64,000 nt of DNA from an uncultured Phycisphaerales bacterium. Its GTDB lineage: Bacteria; Planctomycetota; Phycisphaerae; Tepidisphaerales; Tepidisphaeraceae. The position numbers and the translations under genes were made by a program. This document shows, piece by piece, positions 20,142-30,859 of this stretch. The DNA lies in NCBI GenBank assembly GCA_963755915.1, contig CAVWLP010000002.1, positions 1,056,001 through 1,120,000 on the forward strand, written 5' to 3'. The notes beneath the pieces are model-generated. The model did not search any database. It was not told where the DNA came from and saw only the letters and a list, made by a program, of their open reading frames with translations. Every line of letters begins with the position of its first letter. Position 1 is the first letter of the stretch.

Positions 20142-20309
20142 CGTTTTTGGCGAATTAGTAAGTATATGCTAACTTATTTTGATTTAAGTCTGTGTGTGGG
20201 AGATGGTTGCGCGGGGTTTGGTTAATTTTCAATAAACGAGGGATGTAACAATTGCGGGGCCCTGGGCGAGGTCGATGCAGGCCGAAAAGAAAACGCATTG
20301 CCGATTTCG

Positions 20310-20690
20310 TCAAAACTCAGCCTCGGGGTCGATGAGCGAAAGCGAGCGAATGGTGACCTCGTCCAAAATGCCGCGCGGGCATTTGGCGATCAGGCTCATC
20401 GAACGCTCTCGGTAATCGAGTTGACGCAGGGCATCGGAAAGAACTACCGAATCAACCTCACCCACGCCCGCTTTGGGCGGCAAGACGCCCTTCGGCAAAA
20501 GCACCTCAAACGGACCGCCTCGAATCCGCGACGTAATCGCGGCACACACGGCAAGCCCAGTCGCCTGGCTGTACGATTTAGAGCTCAGAACCAGCGCGTA
20601 ATGCGGGCCGGTCAATTCACGGCCAGCGGAGGGGCTCAAATTGACGTGCACTAAATCGCCGCGGTCCGGCACATACGTGAGTCTGGCCAT
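20310..20690 (-). CDS. mazF: MazF/PemK family toxin
   Basis: YVPDRGDLVHVNLSPSAGRE..GPHYALVLS, AITSR, DALRQLDYRER. Confidence 0.88.
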   Translation of the reverse strand: MARLTYVPDRGDLVHVNLSPSAGRELTGPHYALVLSSKSYSQATGLAVCAAITSRIRGGPFEVLLPKGVLPPKAGVGEVDSVVLSDALRQLDYRERSMSLIAKCPRGILDEVTIRSLSLIDPEAEF

Positions 20691-20712
20691 CGCGGATTCC
20701 TACCCGATTTTC

Positions 20713-20949
20713 CTACCAGACTTCCTTACCAACCGCATCACCGATGTCCCATTCTCCGTGCCGATGCTTCGGCCTGAACCGCGCCACGAGCTCAGATAAC
20801 TTGATACGCTGCCGCCGTGATTTAACCACGCGCACAGGTTCAAGGTCAATCACGCTGCCAACGTCGATATCCCGCATCTTCGCAAACTGGCTGGGAATCA
20901 GCACGGCCATGCTGCTTCCCCATTTTTTGACTTTGACGGGCGTCGCCAT
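20713..20949 (-). CDS. mazE: MazE/AbrB family antitoxin
   Basis: VKKWGSSMAVLIP, LSELV, EWDIGDAVGKEVW; lies directly upstream of mazF; GGAGG RBS. Confidence 0.88.
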   Translation of the reverse strand: MATPVKVKKWGSSMAVLIPSQFAKMRDIDVGSVIDLEPVRVVKSRRQRIKLSELVARFRPKHRHGEWDIGDAVGKEVW

Positions 20950-21079
20950 GTGGCCTCCAAAGAGTGATACAAAATGATATATCGTCATTCTGCGATATTC
21001 AATTGATCTGCAACTCCAGCAATGGGGGGGAGAAAGCGGCTGGCAGAATCAGCGGAAATGGTCAGAGGCGACGTTACGC

Positions 21080-22626
21080 CTACCATGTATACCTAACGGT
21101 ATAAGTCACCGTCTTCTCCCCATCCTTCGGCACATCCACCGGAAACTCAATCGTCCGAAAATCCTTCTTCTCCCAAGTATCGCTCGAAGCCGTGATCTCC
21201 CAGTTCGCCCAGCGATATAGATTCTCCCGCACGATCACATGAACCGCATCCGCCTTATGATTCCGCACCTTGATTTCGAATGATTCCGTCGACTCATGTC
21301 CGTTTGAATTGACGTTGAAATCCGTCTGCCGCCGGTCGCCGACGATGTCGAACGCGCTGCCGAGCTTCATCATCACATCCTCATCCTTCGGCGTATGCTG
21401 AACCACATCTTCGCCAATGAATTCGCTCGACCCATCCGCCTCATCGCGCTTATACGCCCGAATCCTCCCCGCCGGCAGCGGAATCCCCAACCCGTTTTTC
21501 TCGCTGTTCTTGAGGGTAAGATAAACGTCCACCTTCTTATTCGCCTGCGTCCCCAAACCAGAATCCAAATTGGGCGATCCCCCATAATTCCAGTTCCGCA
21601 TTTCCTCCCCCGCCCCGAAATAAACATAAGTCTTCGTCACCGGCACACCCAGCTTCGGATCAAAGAGTTCAATCTGCTTCGTACTGTTATTCGAAACCGA
21701 CGTCGTCCTCCCCAGCGTATAAAGGTGATATTCAAAAAACGGCTTTTCCACAAACCCCTGCTCCGTGCGCCGGCCAATCCCGCGACCGACCGCGCCATCT
21801 GAAACACCGGCCGCGGCGGCTGGATCCTCTGCACATCCCCCGCCACCAGCTTCAATCGCGCATCCGGATAACTCGCCCCGCTCTCGTTCATGATCGTCAC
21901 CCACGCCCCCAGATCCGCCGCATCCTCCGCAGCGTCGAGCGTCAGGTTGTAATCCGCCCGCCACGTCAGCGAAGAAGTCTGATACGTCACCTGCGCCAAC
22001 TGATCCTGCGCCTTATCGCTGTGAATCCTCCACACCAGCGTTGGCTTGGTAATCAGCCCCGTATCCGATTTCGCAAGCTGAATCCCCATCAAATCATTCC
22101 CGCGCGGAATCACCTGCACATCCCCGGACGCCTGCTGAATCACCAGGTTCGAATCATCAAACGAAAGCAGGTCTCCCTGAATCGTTTCAGCCCCGGTGGG
22201 GTTGCGGCGCATGATCGACACGCCCTGCCCCAGATACTTCCCCAGAATCTTATCCGCACTGACGAGGTCATATTCATAATTCTGCTCCAGCACGCTCGCC
22301 GATCCCGGCGAAGTCAGCGCCTGAAACGAAACCGTGGTCGGATCGATCTGCTGCGCCACATCCGTAAACCGCAGCGTATTATCCCCCGCCTCCAGATGAA
22401 TATTGCGATTCTCCCGCACCACCCCAAACCCCGGCAGCGGATTCTGCAAAAAGTAGTACGCATTCTGCGCCTGCTGCCGCGCATAATCCTGCGGATCGAA
22501 ACTGGCCGGATCAGCTGTACTATATATCGTCAGCGAAAACCCGCTCTGCGGCGCATCCGCGCCCGCCACCGCCGACACAGCCCCAAACACAAACGCCGCA
22601 ACAATCGCAAGTCCCGTCTTATTCAT
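21080..22626 (-). CDS. DUF4139-type secreted protein (frameshift near 21760)
   Basis: Signal peptide; SLTIYS, IDPTTV, EQNYEYDL, WRADY, EYHLYTL, PLPAGRIR, FIGED..HTPKDE. Confidence 0.85.
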
Positions 22627-22751
22627 GGAGAACGCTCCCAATTGGATGTTTCTGGCCCCGACAATCCTTTTGGATGCGTCAGCAGCCCTGAAGTTTCACC
22701 ATTCAGAGTAAATCCTTTGTTTCCCCACAGGAAGCAGCTACAGTTAATTTA

Positions 22752-23258
22752 ATGCCCCAGTTCGTCGTTACCGCTGTTGGCCCCGATCGCCCCGGAATCG
22801 TCGGCGAGCTCACCTCCCACATCCACGCCGGGGGCGGAAACATCCTCGATTCCCGCATGGTCAACCTCCGCGGCGAATTCGCCATGCTCATCCTCCTGGA
22901 AGGGGCCCCGGCCCTGACCGCACAACTCCCACCCCTCGGCGAAAAAATCGGCCTGCGCCTCACCATCTCACACGTCCACGGCGCCAAGCCCGTGCGCGGC
23001 ACAGCCTATCGCCTCAAAACCTACGCCCTCGATCAACCCGGCATCGTCGCCCGCCTCACCCAGGTCCTGCGCGAATTCGCCGTCAACATCGAAGAGCTCA
23101 CCGCCCGCCAAGAATCCGCACCCTTCGACGGCTCCCCACTCTTCGTAACCGAGATGCGCCTCACCATCCCCGAAAACGTCCCCATCCCCAAATTACGCTC
23201 CGAGCTCCAATCCGTCGCCGCCACCCTCAATTGCGACCTCGATCTGGACCCCGCGTGA
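22752..23258 (+). CDS. GcvR-like tandem ACT domain protein
   Basis: GPDRPGIV, NILDSRM, DQPGIVARLT. Confidence 0.85.
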   Translation: MPQFVVTAVGPDRPGIVGELTSHIHAGGGNILDSRMVNLRGEFAMLILLEGAPALTAQLPPLGEKIGLRLTISHVHGAKPVRGTAYRLKTYALDQPGIVARLTQVLREFAVNIEELTARQESAPFDGSPLFVTEMRLTIPENVPIPKLRSELQSVAATLNCDLDLDPA

Positions 23259-24409
23259 AACCGATCCGCTACGAGCCCCTTGCCAAAGACCCCCATACCG
23301 CCGCCCGCCTCGGCCGCGTCCACACCCCCCACGGTTCCTTCGACACTCCCGCCTTCATGCCCGTAGGCACCCAAGGCACCATCAAAGGCGTCCTCCCCGA
23401 CCAAATCCAAAAAACGGGGACGCAGCTAGTTTTGGCCAACACCTACCACCTCATGCTCCGCCCCGGCGAAAAAGCCGTCGCCGCCCTCGGCGATCTCCAC
23501 AAGTTCATGGCGTGGCCCGGACCCATCCTCACCGACAGCGGTGGATTCCAAATCTTCTCCCTCGCCGATCTCAACGAAATCTCCGACGCCGGTGTCAAAT
23601 TCAAATCCCACATCGACGGCTCCGAAGTCTTCCTCGACCCGCGGCGCAGCATCCACGTACAGAACGACCTCGGCTCCGACATCATGATGGCCCTCGACGA
23701 ATTCCCCCCCGGCGACGCCCCCCCCGAAATCCACCGCCGCGCCGTCGACAGAACCCTCCGCTGGGCAGAGCAATCCCTCGCCGCCCACCAGCGCCGCGAC
23801 CAGCAAGGCCTCTTCGGAATCGTTCAAGGCGGTATCGACGTCCAGCTCCGCCTCGACTGCGCCAAAGCCCTCTCCGCCATGGATTTCGACGGTTACGCCC
23901 TCGGCGGCCTCGCCGTCGGTGAAGGCTTCGAGGGCATGTCCCTCATCCTCCGCGAAATCACCCCCTCCCTCCCCGACGATAAACCCCGCTACCTCATGGG
24001 CGTAGGATTTCCACGCGATATTGCTATCGCCGTCGCCGCCGGCATCGATATGTTCGATTGCGTCCTCCCCACCCGCAACGGCCGCAACGCCTACGCCTTC
24101 ACCGCCGACGGCCCACTCCGCCTCCGCAACAGCAAATTCCACCGCGATCCCGCCCCCATCGAGCCCGGCTGCGACTGCTTTGCCTGCCAAAATTTCACCC
24201 GCGGCGCCATCCGCCACTTTTTTTTCGCCGCCGAGATGCTTGGCCCCATCCTACTTTCCGTGCATAATATGCGGTTCTACCAGCGGTTGATGGCGGATAT
24301 GCGCCGCTCGATCGGCGAAGGAACCTTCGCCTCCTTTATTTCGAGCGACATCCGCTGCAAGCTGGGCCCGGCCCCAGAAGCCGATCCTGCGGCCGGGCCT
24401 GAAGATTGA
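23255..24409 (+). CDS. tgt: Queuine tRNA-ribosyltransferase
   Basis: TPAFMPVGT, NTYHL, LTDSGGFQ, GIVQGG, DMFDCVLPTRNGRN, CDCFAC. Confidence 0.97.
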   Translation: MKPIRYEPLAKDPHTAARLGRVHTPHGSFDTPAFMPVGTQGTIKGVLPDQIQKTGTQLVLANTYHLMLRPGEKAVAALGDLHKFMAWPGPILTDSGGFQIFSLADLNEISDAGVKFKSHIDGSEVFLDPRRSIHVQNDLGSDIMMALDEFPPGDAPPEIHRRAVDRTLRWAEQSLAAHQRRDQQGLFGIVQGGIDVQLRLDCAKALSAMDFDGYALGGLAVGEGFEGMSLILREITPSLPDDKPRYLMGVGFPRDIAIAVAAGIDMFDCVLPTRNGRNAYAFTADGPLRLRNSKFHRDPAPIEPGCDCFACQNFTRGAIRHFFFAAEMLGPILLSVHNMRFYQRLMADMRRSIGEGTFASFISSDIRCKLGPAPEADPAAGPED

Positions 24410-24440
24410 TCGGCATCGCGGTTTTTCGAAGGAGACCTTC

Positions 24441-24800
24441 TTGAGCATCCTGCATCTGTTGTCCGACGGCGCCACCACCCAGCCCACCCAGGCCATGCCC
24501 TTCTGGGCCAACCCCCAGGACATGTTCCTGATCGTCATCTTCGGCATGCTCATGTTCTTCCTCTTCAGCTCCTCAAGAACCAAGAAGCAGGAACAAAAAC
24601 AACGCGACGAAATGCTCAAGAACATGAAACGCGGCGACCGCGTAATGACTGCCGGGGGAATCCTCGGCAGCGTCGTCGAAGTCCGCGACACCGAGGTCGT
24701 CCTCAAAGTTGACGAAAGCTCCAACACCAAGATCAAATTCACCCGCGACGCCATCAAGCGCGTCCTAACGGAGGACGAGGCCGCCGGCTCGGCCAAGTAA
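24441..24800 (+). CDS. yajC: Preprotein translocase subunit YajC
   Basis: TM helix plus KRGDRVMTAGGILG; tgt-yajC-secD synteny. Confidence 0.93.
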   Translation: MSILHLLSDGATTQPTQAMPFWANPQDMFLIVIFGMLMFFLFSSSRTKKQEQKQRDEMLKNMKRGDRVMTAGGILGSVVEVRDTEVVLKVDESSNTKIKFTRDAIKRVLTEDEAAGSAK

Positions 24801-24829
24801 AATAAAAAAAAGACCGCAACCCGCTCCCA

Positions 24830-24854
24830 GTGTAGCCGGCGAGCTTGCTCGCCG
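24830..24854 (+). repeat. GTAG-type REP-like hairpin
   Basis: GTGTAGC-CGGCGAG-CTTG-CTCGCCG; same architecture as the copy at 5274. Confidence 0.65.
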
Positions 24855-24912
24855 TTTCTGCCCAAAAGGAGCCCCGATAACGTAGAACTATTCCCAGCCG
24901 CACAGGAACTCC

Positions 24913-27900
24913 ATGCCAACCAATTATTCCGGAAGAGTCACGCTCACACTCACGGTGCTCATCGTAGCCCTCCTCGCGATTTTCTGGGGCCCCCCCTCGC
25001 GCCTCGTCAACCCCCATCTCTCGTTGATCCAAAAAACCGACCTCCGCCCCGGCATCGACATGGTCGGCGGCGTCAGCCTCGTCTACGCCATCCAGGCCCC
25101 CAACAATTCCGACCCCGATCTCTCCGAGCACGTCATGGAAGCGCTGAAAAAGCGCGTCGACCCGACGGGCTTGCGTAACCTCGTCTGGCGTCCCCAGGGC
25201 GCCAACCGCATCGAAATCGAAATGCCCCTCTCCCCCGAGGCCACCGAAGCCACCCCCATCAAGCAAGCTTATGAGCGGGCCACTCAACTCCTCGATTCCA
25301 CCAAGATCACCCAGGAAGCCGTCGTCAACGCCGTCGAAAATTCCACCGGCCCCCAGCGCACCAAAGCCCTGCAAGACCTCGCCTCCGACAGCCAAACCCG
25401 CGCCGATCTCTTCAAGCAGATGGTCGCCACCTTCGACCAGATCCAAACCCTCCAGAAAAATCCCGACAAGCTCTCCCCCGCCGCCCTCGCCGTAAAGCTT
25501 TATCCCCTCAAAACCGCCTACGACGATCTCAAAGCCCAGGTCGAGGACACCAATCTCCCCTCCTCCGATCTCGCCTCCATCCTCGACCAGGTCTATTCCG
25601 ACGACCCCGACCAGCAAAAAGCCGGCAAGGACAAGCTCGACCAGCTCCACAAAAAATTCGCCGACTTCCCCTCCATCCTCAGCGCGATGCAAAATTTCGA
25701 GGCGAAGTATAAGGACTTCGACTCCGTCAAAAACGCCATCACCAGCGCCGACGAACTGAAGCGCCTCCTCCAGGGCTCCGGCGTCCTCGAATTCCACATC
25801 CTCGCCGACGAAGTCACCGCCAATCCCGCCGACCTCAAAGCCATGGAAGCCCGCATGCAGCCCGGTGGCCGCGGCCCCATCCCCCAGCCCGGCGACACCA
25901 TCCAATGGATGGAAGTCGACAAACCCTCCGAATTCGAACGCCCACCCGCCCCCCCCGAATACACCGTCTGGAACGGCAAGGACTACATGCCCGTCCTCGT
26001 CACTCCCGACGCCTCCATGACCAAATCCAGCGCCGAAAAATGGGGCCTCGAAAAAGCCGGCCCCGAGCAGACCCAAAGCGGTTCCTACGAAGTCGCATTT
26101 AGCTTCGACACCACCGGCGGAAACCTCTTCGGCGACCTCACCTCCGATTGGTATAACCGCGCCAAGCAGCGAACCGACCTTCCCGATCCCCACGCCAAAC
26201 TCGCCATCGTCCTCGATAACAAGATCATCAGCGCCCCCAATCTCAACAGCCCCATCACCGGCGGCAGCGGTGTCATCGAAGGCGGTGGCGCAGGTGGCTT
26301 CACCACCAACGACCTCGATTACCTCATCAACACCCTCAACGCCGGCTCTCTCCCCGCACAGCTTTCCGATGAGCCCCTCAGCGAACAGCAGATTGGACCA
26401 ACCCTCGGCGCCGACAACCTCCACCGCGGACTCGTCGCCTGCGGATTCGGCCTTCTCGTTGTCGGGGTCTTCCTCATCAGCTACTACTACGTCGGCGGCA
26501 TGGTCGCCTTCGTCGCCGTCTGCATGAACCTCGTCATCACCCTCGGCGTGATGTCCGCCCTCAACGCAACCTTCACACTCCCCAGCATCGCCGGAATCGT
26601 CCTCTCCATCGGCACCGCCGTCGACGCCAACGTCCTTATCTTCGAACGCCTCCGCGAAGAACAGCACAAAGGCCTCCCCCTCCGCATGGCCCTCCGCAAC
26701 AGCTACGCCCAGGCACAAAGCGCCATCATCGACTCCAACATGACCAGCATCATCACCTCGCTGTGTCTATATGCTTTTGGTTCTGAAGAAGTGAAAGGTT
26801 TCGGGCTCACCCTCATCATCGGCATCGGCGCCAGCCTCTTCACCGCCCTCTACGTCACCAAAACCATTTTCGGAATCATGATCGACAAGTACGGCATGAC
26901 GCGAGCTCGGCAGCCTCCCTCTCACCTTCCCCAAGTGGGACAAGCTCCTCAAGCCCAACATCGACTGGATGGGCCTCGCCTGGATCTTCTACGCCTTCAG
27001 CTCCGTCGCGCTCATCATCGGCCTGAGCCTGTTTGTCATAAAGGTGAAAGAGGGCCGCATGATGGACATCGAATTCGCCACCGGCACCTCCCTCCAGCTC
27101 CAGCTCAATGAGCCGATGAACCAGGACGACGTGCGCACCCTCATCGAAGCCGAAAGCCAGAAAGACCCCGTCGCCCTCCCCAGCCCCAGCGTCGTCGCCG
27201 TCGGCACCGACCGCCTCAGCTACCAGATCGTCTGCCCCAACGACAACCGCGTGCAGGTCCGCAACGCCGTCCTCGACGCCATGAAGGGCAAGCTCCAGAT
27301 CACCCTCCCCTCTGATTTTGACGGCGCACTCCCAGCCCTACAACGACATCGCAACCAAACTCGCCCTCCCCATCACCGGAAAAGATTTCTCCGTCAACGG
27401 ATATACCCCTCCCGCCGCCGCCGCCCAGCCCGGTGGCGTCGTCCTCGTCCTCAAAAACATCTCTCCTCCCCTCTCCGTCGAAGAGATCACCAAGCGCCTC
27501 GACGACCAGCGCAGCTCCAGCTCTTCCGACACCATCGGAAACCTCCAATACGTCGTCCAGGCCCCCGGCGACCCGACCAAGCCAACCAATTTCGCCGTCA
27601 TCGTCGGCTGGAACTCCTCCGTCTCCTATCAAGCCGACGCCGGCAAATGGGCCGACGCTCTCGCCTCACCTCTCTGGGGCCTCGCCAAGGATGCCATCAA
27701 CCACCCCCCGTCATTCGAGCAGGAAACCAATTTCGATCCCCAGGTCGCCGGCGAAATGCAGCGCGACGCCTTCCTCGCCCTCACCTTCTCCGTCATCGCC
27801 ATCATGATTTACATCTGGGTCCGCTTCGGCAACCTCAAGTACGGCACCGCCACCGTCGTCGCCCTCCTCCACGACACCCTCTTCACCCTCGCCGCACTCG

Positions 27901-28385
27901 GTTTCGCCCACTACATCACCCAGTACTGGCCCCACAACTTCCTCGAGATCGAACCTTTCCGAATTAACCTCACCGTCGTCGCCGGAATCCTCACCATCAT
28001 GGGCTACTCCATGATCGACACCATCGTCGTCTTCGACCGCATCCGCGAAAACCGCGGCCGCTACGGCCACCTCGACCGCAAAGTCATCAACGACGCCATC
28101 AATCAGACCCTCTCCCGCACCGTCCTCACCTGCGGCACCACCATCATGACCGTCTCTTTCATGTATTTCCTTGGTGGTGCAGGCATCCACGGCTTTACTT
28201 TCGTCCTTCTCATTGGCATATTGGTGGGAACATATTCGTCGGTAGCCATTGCCGCCCCCATGCTTCTCTGGGGCAAAGAAAAAAGTTCAGGCACCGGCGT
28301 TGTGCGGCCGCCAATGGCGCCAAAGGATTCAGGATCGGGAATCGTTAGACCCGGCCTGGCACCTGCAGCCCGGGCGAGCCTCTGA
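24913..28385 (+). CDS. secDF: Fused SecD/SecF protein translocase subunit (frameshifts near 26900 and 27320)
   Basis: GIDMVGG, LAIVLD, AGSLPA, GTAVDANVLIFERLREE, DIEFATG, GYSMIDTIVVFDRIREN, QTLSRT; no separate secF start evident. Confidence 0.9.
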
Positions 28386-28419
28386 CAATTCGATTGATTT
28401 TGGGAAAGGAGTCCCACCT

Positions 28420-29445
28420 ATGCGCAAGGATGTGAAATTCGGATTGACCATCGGGGCAATCCTCGTCGTTACCCTCGTTATCTACGTGATCGTGCTCTCC
28501 CGTGGCCCGGCTCTGCCTCCCCACATCAGCACCATCGCCGCCCAGAATCCCGCGGATCAATCCGCCGATTCCGACAACCCCATCCCCCCGGCCAATAATT
28601 CCGCCGCCGCCCCCAAGGACGGAACGGATGATCAGCAGGATGTGGCCGCCATCCCCCCGCCCGATGAGTCCACCACGACACCACCCCCGGCCGCTGTAAA
28701 CCAAAATGCCCCCGCCACCCAGCCAACACCCAATCCCCAGACCTCCGCCGCCGATTGGCAGAAGGTCCTCGATAACGGCCTCGCCCCCGGCGCCTCCTCC
28801 CCGCAGCACACCGTCACCCCCACCATCGACCCCAATGCATCGACTGCCATGAATCACCCCGGCATCGCCCCCACCCCCAACACCCCCATGATCGACCCGA
28901 TTCCGGCAACCCAGCCCTCCCGCTTCCTCATGAGCAATCTCCCCCCCATGTACGCCACCGATCCCGCCCCGGCACCAGCCCCGGCAATAACCACCCCATC
29001 CATTCCCGCGCCCACCATCGACCCCTCTCCCACCGCCTCAACCCCGCGCACCCACCGCGTCGCCGCCGGCGAATCCCCATATTCGATCTCCCAGCTCGTC
29101 TACGGCAGCGGCCGCTACTACAAAAAAATCCTCGCCGCCAATCCCAACATCGATCCCCACCGCCTGAAGATCGGCCAAATCCTTGTGATCCCCGAGCTTA
29201 GCGACACCGACCGCCCGGCCATAGTAAATCGATCCGCCGCCACACCGGTCGATTCCTCAACCTCCTACGTCGTCGTCTCCGGCGACACCCTCGAAACCAT
29301 CTCCCGCAAGCTCTACGGCGGCCCATCCATGATCGAAGACCTCTACAAGGCCAACAAAACCCTCATCGGCCCCGACGAAAACGTCCTCAAGATCGGCTGG
29401 GTCCTCAAACTCCCCGCTCCACCAACCGTTGCCGCACAGCGTTAG
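28420..29445 (+). CDS. Membrane-anchored protein with Pro-rich linker and two LysM domains
   Basis: N-terminal TM helix; HRVAAGES..ISQLVYG..I..ANP and YVVVSGDTL..ISRKLYG; AGGAG RBS. Confidence 0.88.
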   Translation: MRKDVKFGLTIGAILVVTLVIYVIVLSRGPALPPHISTIAAQNPADQSADSDNPIPPANNSAAAPKDGTDDQQDVAAIPPPDESTTTPPPAAVNQNAPATQPTPNPQTSAADWQKVLDNGLAPGASSPQHTVTPTIDPNASTAMNHPGIAPTPNTPMIDPIPATQPSRFLMSNLPPMYATDPAPAPAPAITTPSIPAPTIDPSPTASTPRTHRVAAGESPYSISQLVYGSGRYYKKILAANPNIDPHRLKIGQILVIPELSDTDRPAIVNRSAATPVDSSTSYVVVSGDTLETISRKLYGGPSMIEDLYKANKTLIGPDENVLKIGWVLKLPAPPTVAAQR

Positions 29446-29452
29446 CATCCTC

Positions 29453-29479
29453 GTTTAGCCGCGACCAGAAGGGGAGCGC
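29453..29479 (+). repeat. REP-like family A, copy 5
   Basis: GTTTAGCCGCGACCAGAAGGGGAGCGC. Confidence 0.75.
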
Positions 29480-29565
29480 TTTCCGGCCGCCGTAACTTAG
29501 CGGCCCCTATATATGACCGATTTCAGTAAATCCCCCAATTTTCGCCTGTTTTGCGCATTTTTTTG

Positions 29566-29594
29566 TTGCCAGTATTCCATCTCACCGCTAATCT
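29566..29594 (+). promoter_or_regulatory. Sigma70-type promoter
   Basis: TTGCCA-N17-TAATCT with a T-rich upstream tract. Confidence 0.65.
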
Positions 29595-29597
29595 CTG

Positions 29598-29892
29598 GAC
29601 TTGTCGCCTTTCGCCTTCCGCTCGGAGCACGGCAGGCCAATCGCGAGGTCAAATTCGCATCGTCAGCATTTGCTCTGCTTGTCTCTCTCGGCCGAAAAGT
29701 AGTCTTTTGAAGGATTGGGCGTCTTCCGGAGTTTCTGGGGCGATCTTTTTCTCGCCGTCAGAATGGAAACCAGGGCGCCGGACGCCAGTGTCCTCCACGG
29801 ACACCGGCCAAACCGGGCAGCGGCTGATCCGCTCGGGAGGAAATGGAGAGAAGGGAAAGGATAAAGGGCGGGCTGCGGAGCCCGCCCTTTTT
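29598..29892 (+). ncRNA. Candidate structured non-coding RNA, family unassigned
   Basis: Promoter and terminator with no credible ORF between them; 5'/3' ends complementary; nested helices visible by eye. Confidence 0.6.
29863..29892 (+). terminator. Intrinsic terminator (probably bidirectional)
   Basis: AAAGGGCGGGCT-GCGG-AGCCCGCCCTTT-TT. Confidence 0.85.
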
Positions 29893-29901
29893 GTCTGCGC
29901 A

Positions 29902-30420
29902 CTATTTGTGCCCAAAACCCGATGGACAAATCACCGTGTAGACCACGGGATGATTCTCATCCGGAAGGGGCTCCGACTCTGTCCTCTTATCGCCATAGTA
30001 AAAGTTCCACTTTCGGGGCGGCATGTACGGTTTGTACAGCGGAACCCCCAGATACTGCGCCCCCAGTTTGAAATGCTCAACCATTAAAACATCCCCGTCC
30101 TCCCCCTCAACTGAAAAATTCCCGTCTGCACCCGTTACTCTGTCAACCCGTTTGAAGCACCCCGATCCCCTGTCCTGAATCAATGGAGGGATAAGCGGGT
30201 TGAATCTGACCTCAATTTGAACCATCACCCCGGCGACCGGCTCCCCCCGTTCGTCAACCAGCCGGCCATAAAAATCGATCTCCCCGTTTCCCCTCGAATA
30301 ATCCCACCAGCGATACACCGAATATCCCCCCACGCTCAGGAAGCCAAATGCGAACAGAATCGCCAGCCAGATTGCCCTGTGGACACCCCCCTTGATTGGC
30401 GTTGCTTTGACTTCCGTCAT
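29902..30420 (-). CDS. Hypothetical membrane-anchored protein with carboxypeptidase-regulatory-like beta domain
   Basis: TM helix, then FYGRLVDERGEPVAGV..., TGADGNFSV. Confidence 0.7.
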   Translation of the reverse strand: MTEVKATPIKGGVHRAIWLAILFAFGFLSVGGYSVYRWWDYSRGNGEIDFYGRLVDERGEPVAGVMVQIEVRFNPLIPPLIQDRGSGCFKRVDRVTGADGNFSVEGEDGDVLMVEHFKLGAQYLGVPLYKPYMPPRKWNFYYGDKRTESEPLPDENHPVVYTVICPSGFGHK

Positions 30421-30486
30421 CGATCCTCTCGTCATGGAAATATCGGCTCCACATCACGACGGCTCCAGTGAATTGGAAGCACCTGA

Positions 30487-30757
30487 TCACGTCGGTGCGC
30501 TTCCGGTAATGCTCTGCGTTTTTCTCAATAAAGCTCCGCCACTGCTCCGGCAAATCCTCCTCCGGAAAAATGGCTTTCACCGGACATTCGTCCTGGCACA
30601 AATGGCAGTCGATACACCTCGCCGGGTCGATATAAAGCATCGGGCTCTCCGCAAATCCTGTTTCGTCCTTCGTGGGATGGATACAGTCCACGGGGCAGAC
30701 CGCCACGCAGGCGGTGTCCTTTACCCCGATGCACGGCTCAGCAATCACGTATGCCAT
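30487..30757 (-). CDS. Ferredoxin (FdxA-like dicluster)
   Basis: YVIAEPCIGVKDTACVAVCPVDCIH, CIDCHLCQDECPVKAI; the stop is out of frame (probable indel), so the 3' end is approximate. Confidence 0.9.
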
Positions 30758-30807
30758 TGAAAACTCCTTTCGGGCGATGAACCGGCGGGAGCATAGTGAT
30801 TGCAGCG

Positions 30808-30859
30808 ACATAAATAAAATACATAATATCTTAGATAATCATAGATTTTAGTTATATCG
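30808..30859. promoter_or_regulatory. AT-rich LysR-type operator region between divergent ferredoxin and LysR genes
   Basis: ATAA-TCATAGATTTTAG-TTAT dyad and other T-N11-A spacings immediately before the LysR ATG. Confidence 0.5.

Noticed and set aside
17100-20988. Composite transposon of the two IS4 elements mobilising mazEF
   Set aside because: Each IS has its own IRs and its own TSD, the elements are different, and mazEF lies outside both.
26880-27340. Programmed frameshifting in secDF or der
   Set aside because: No consistent slippery motif, and similar breaks occur across many unrelated genes.
29598-29892. RNase P, tmRNA, SRP RNA or a known riboswitch as the identity of the structured region
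   Set aside because: It lacks GAGGAAAGUCC (RNase P), tRNA-like ends and a tag ORF (tmRNA), and the CAGG-GNRA-AGCAG helix (SRP). It is followed by a terminator and a convergent gene, so a cis riboswitch role is unlikely.
30254-30811. Ferredoxin with a long C-terminal extension
   Set aside because: The extension overlaps the next gene out of frame and looks non-protein-like; a lost stop from an indel is more likely.
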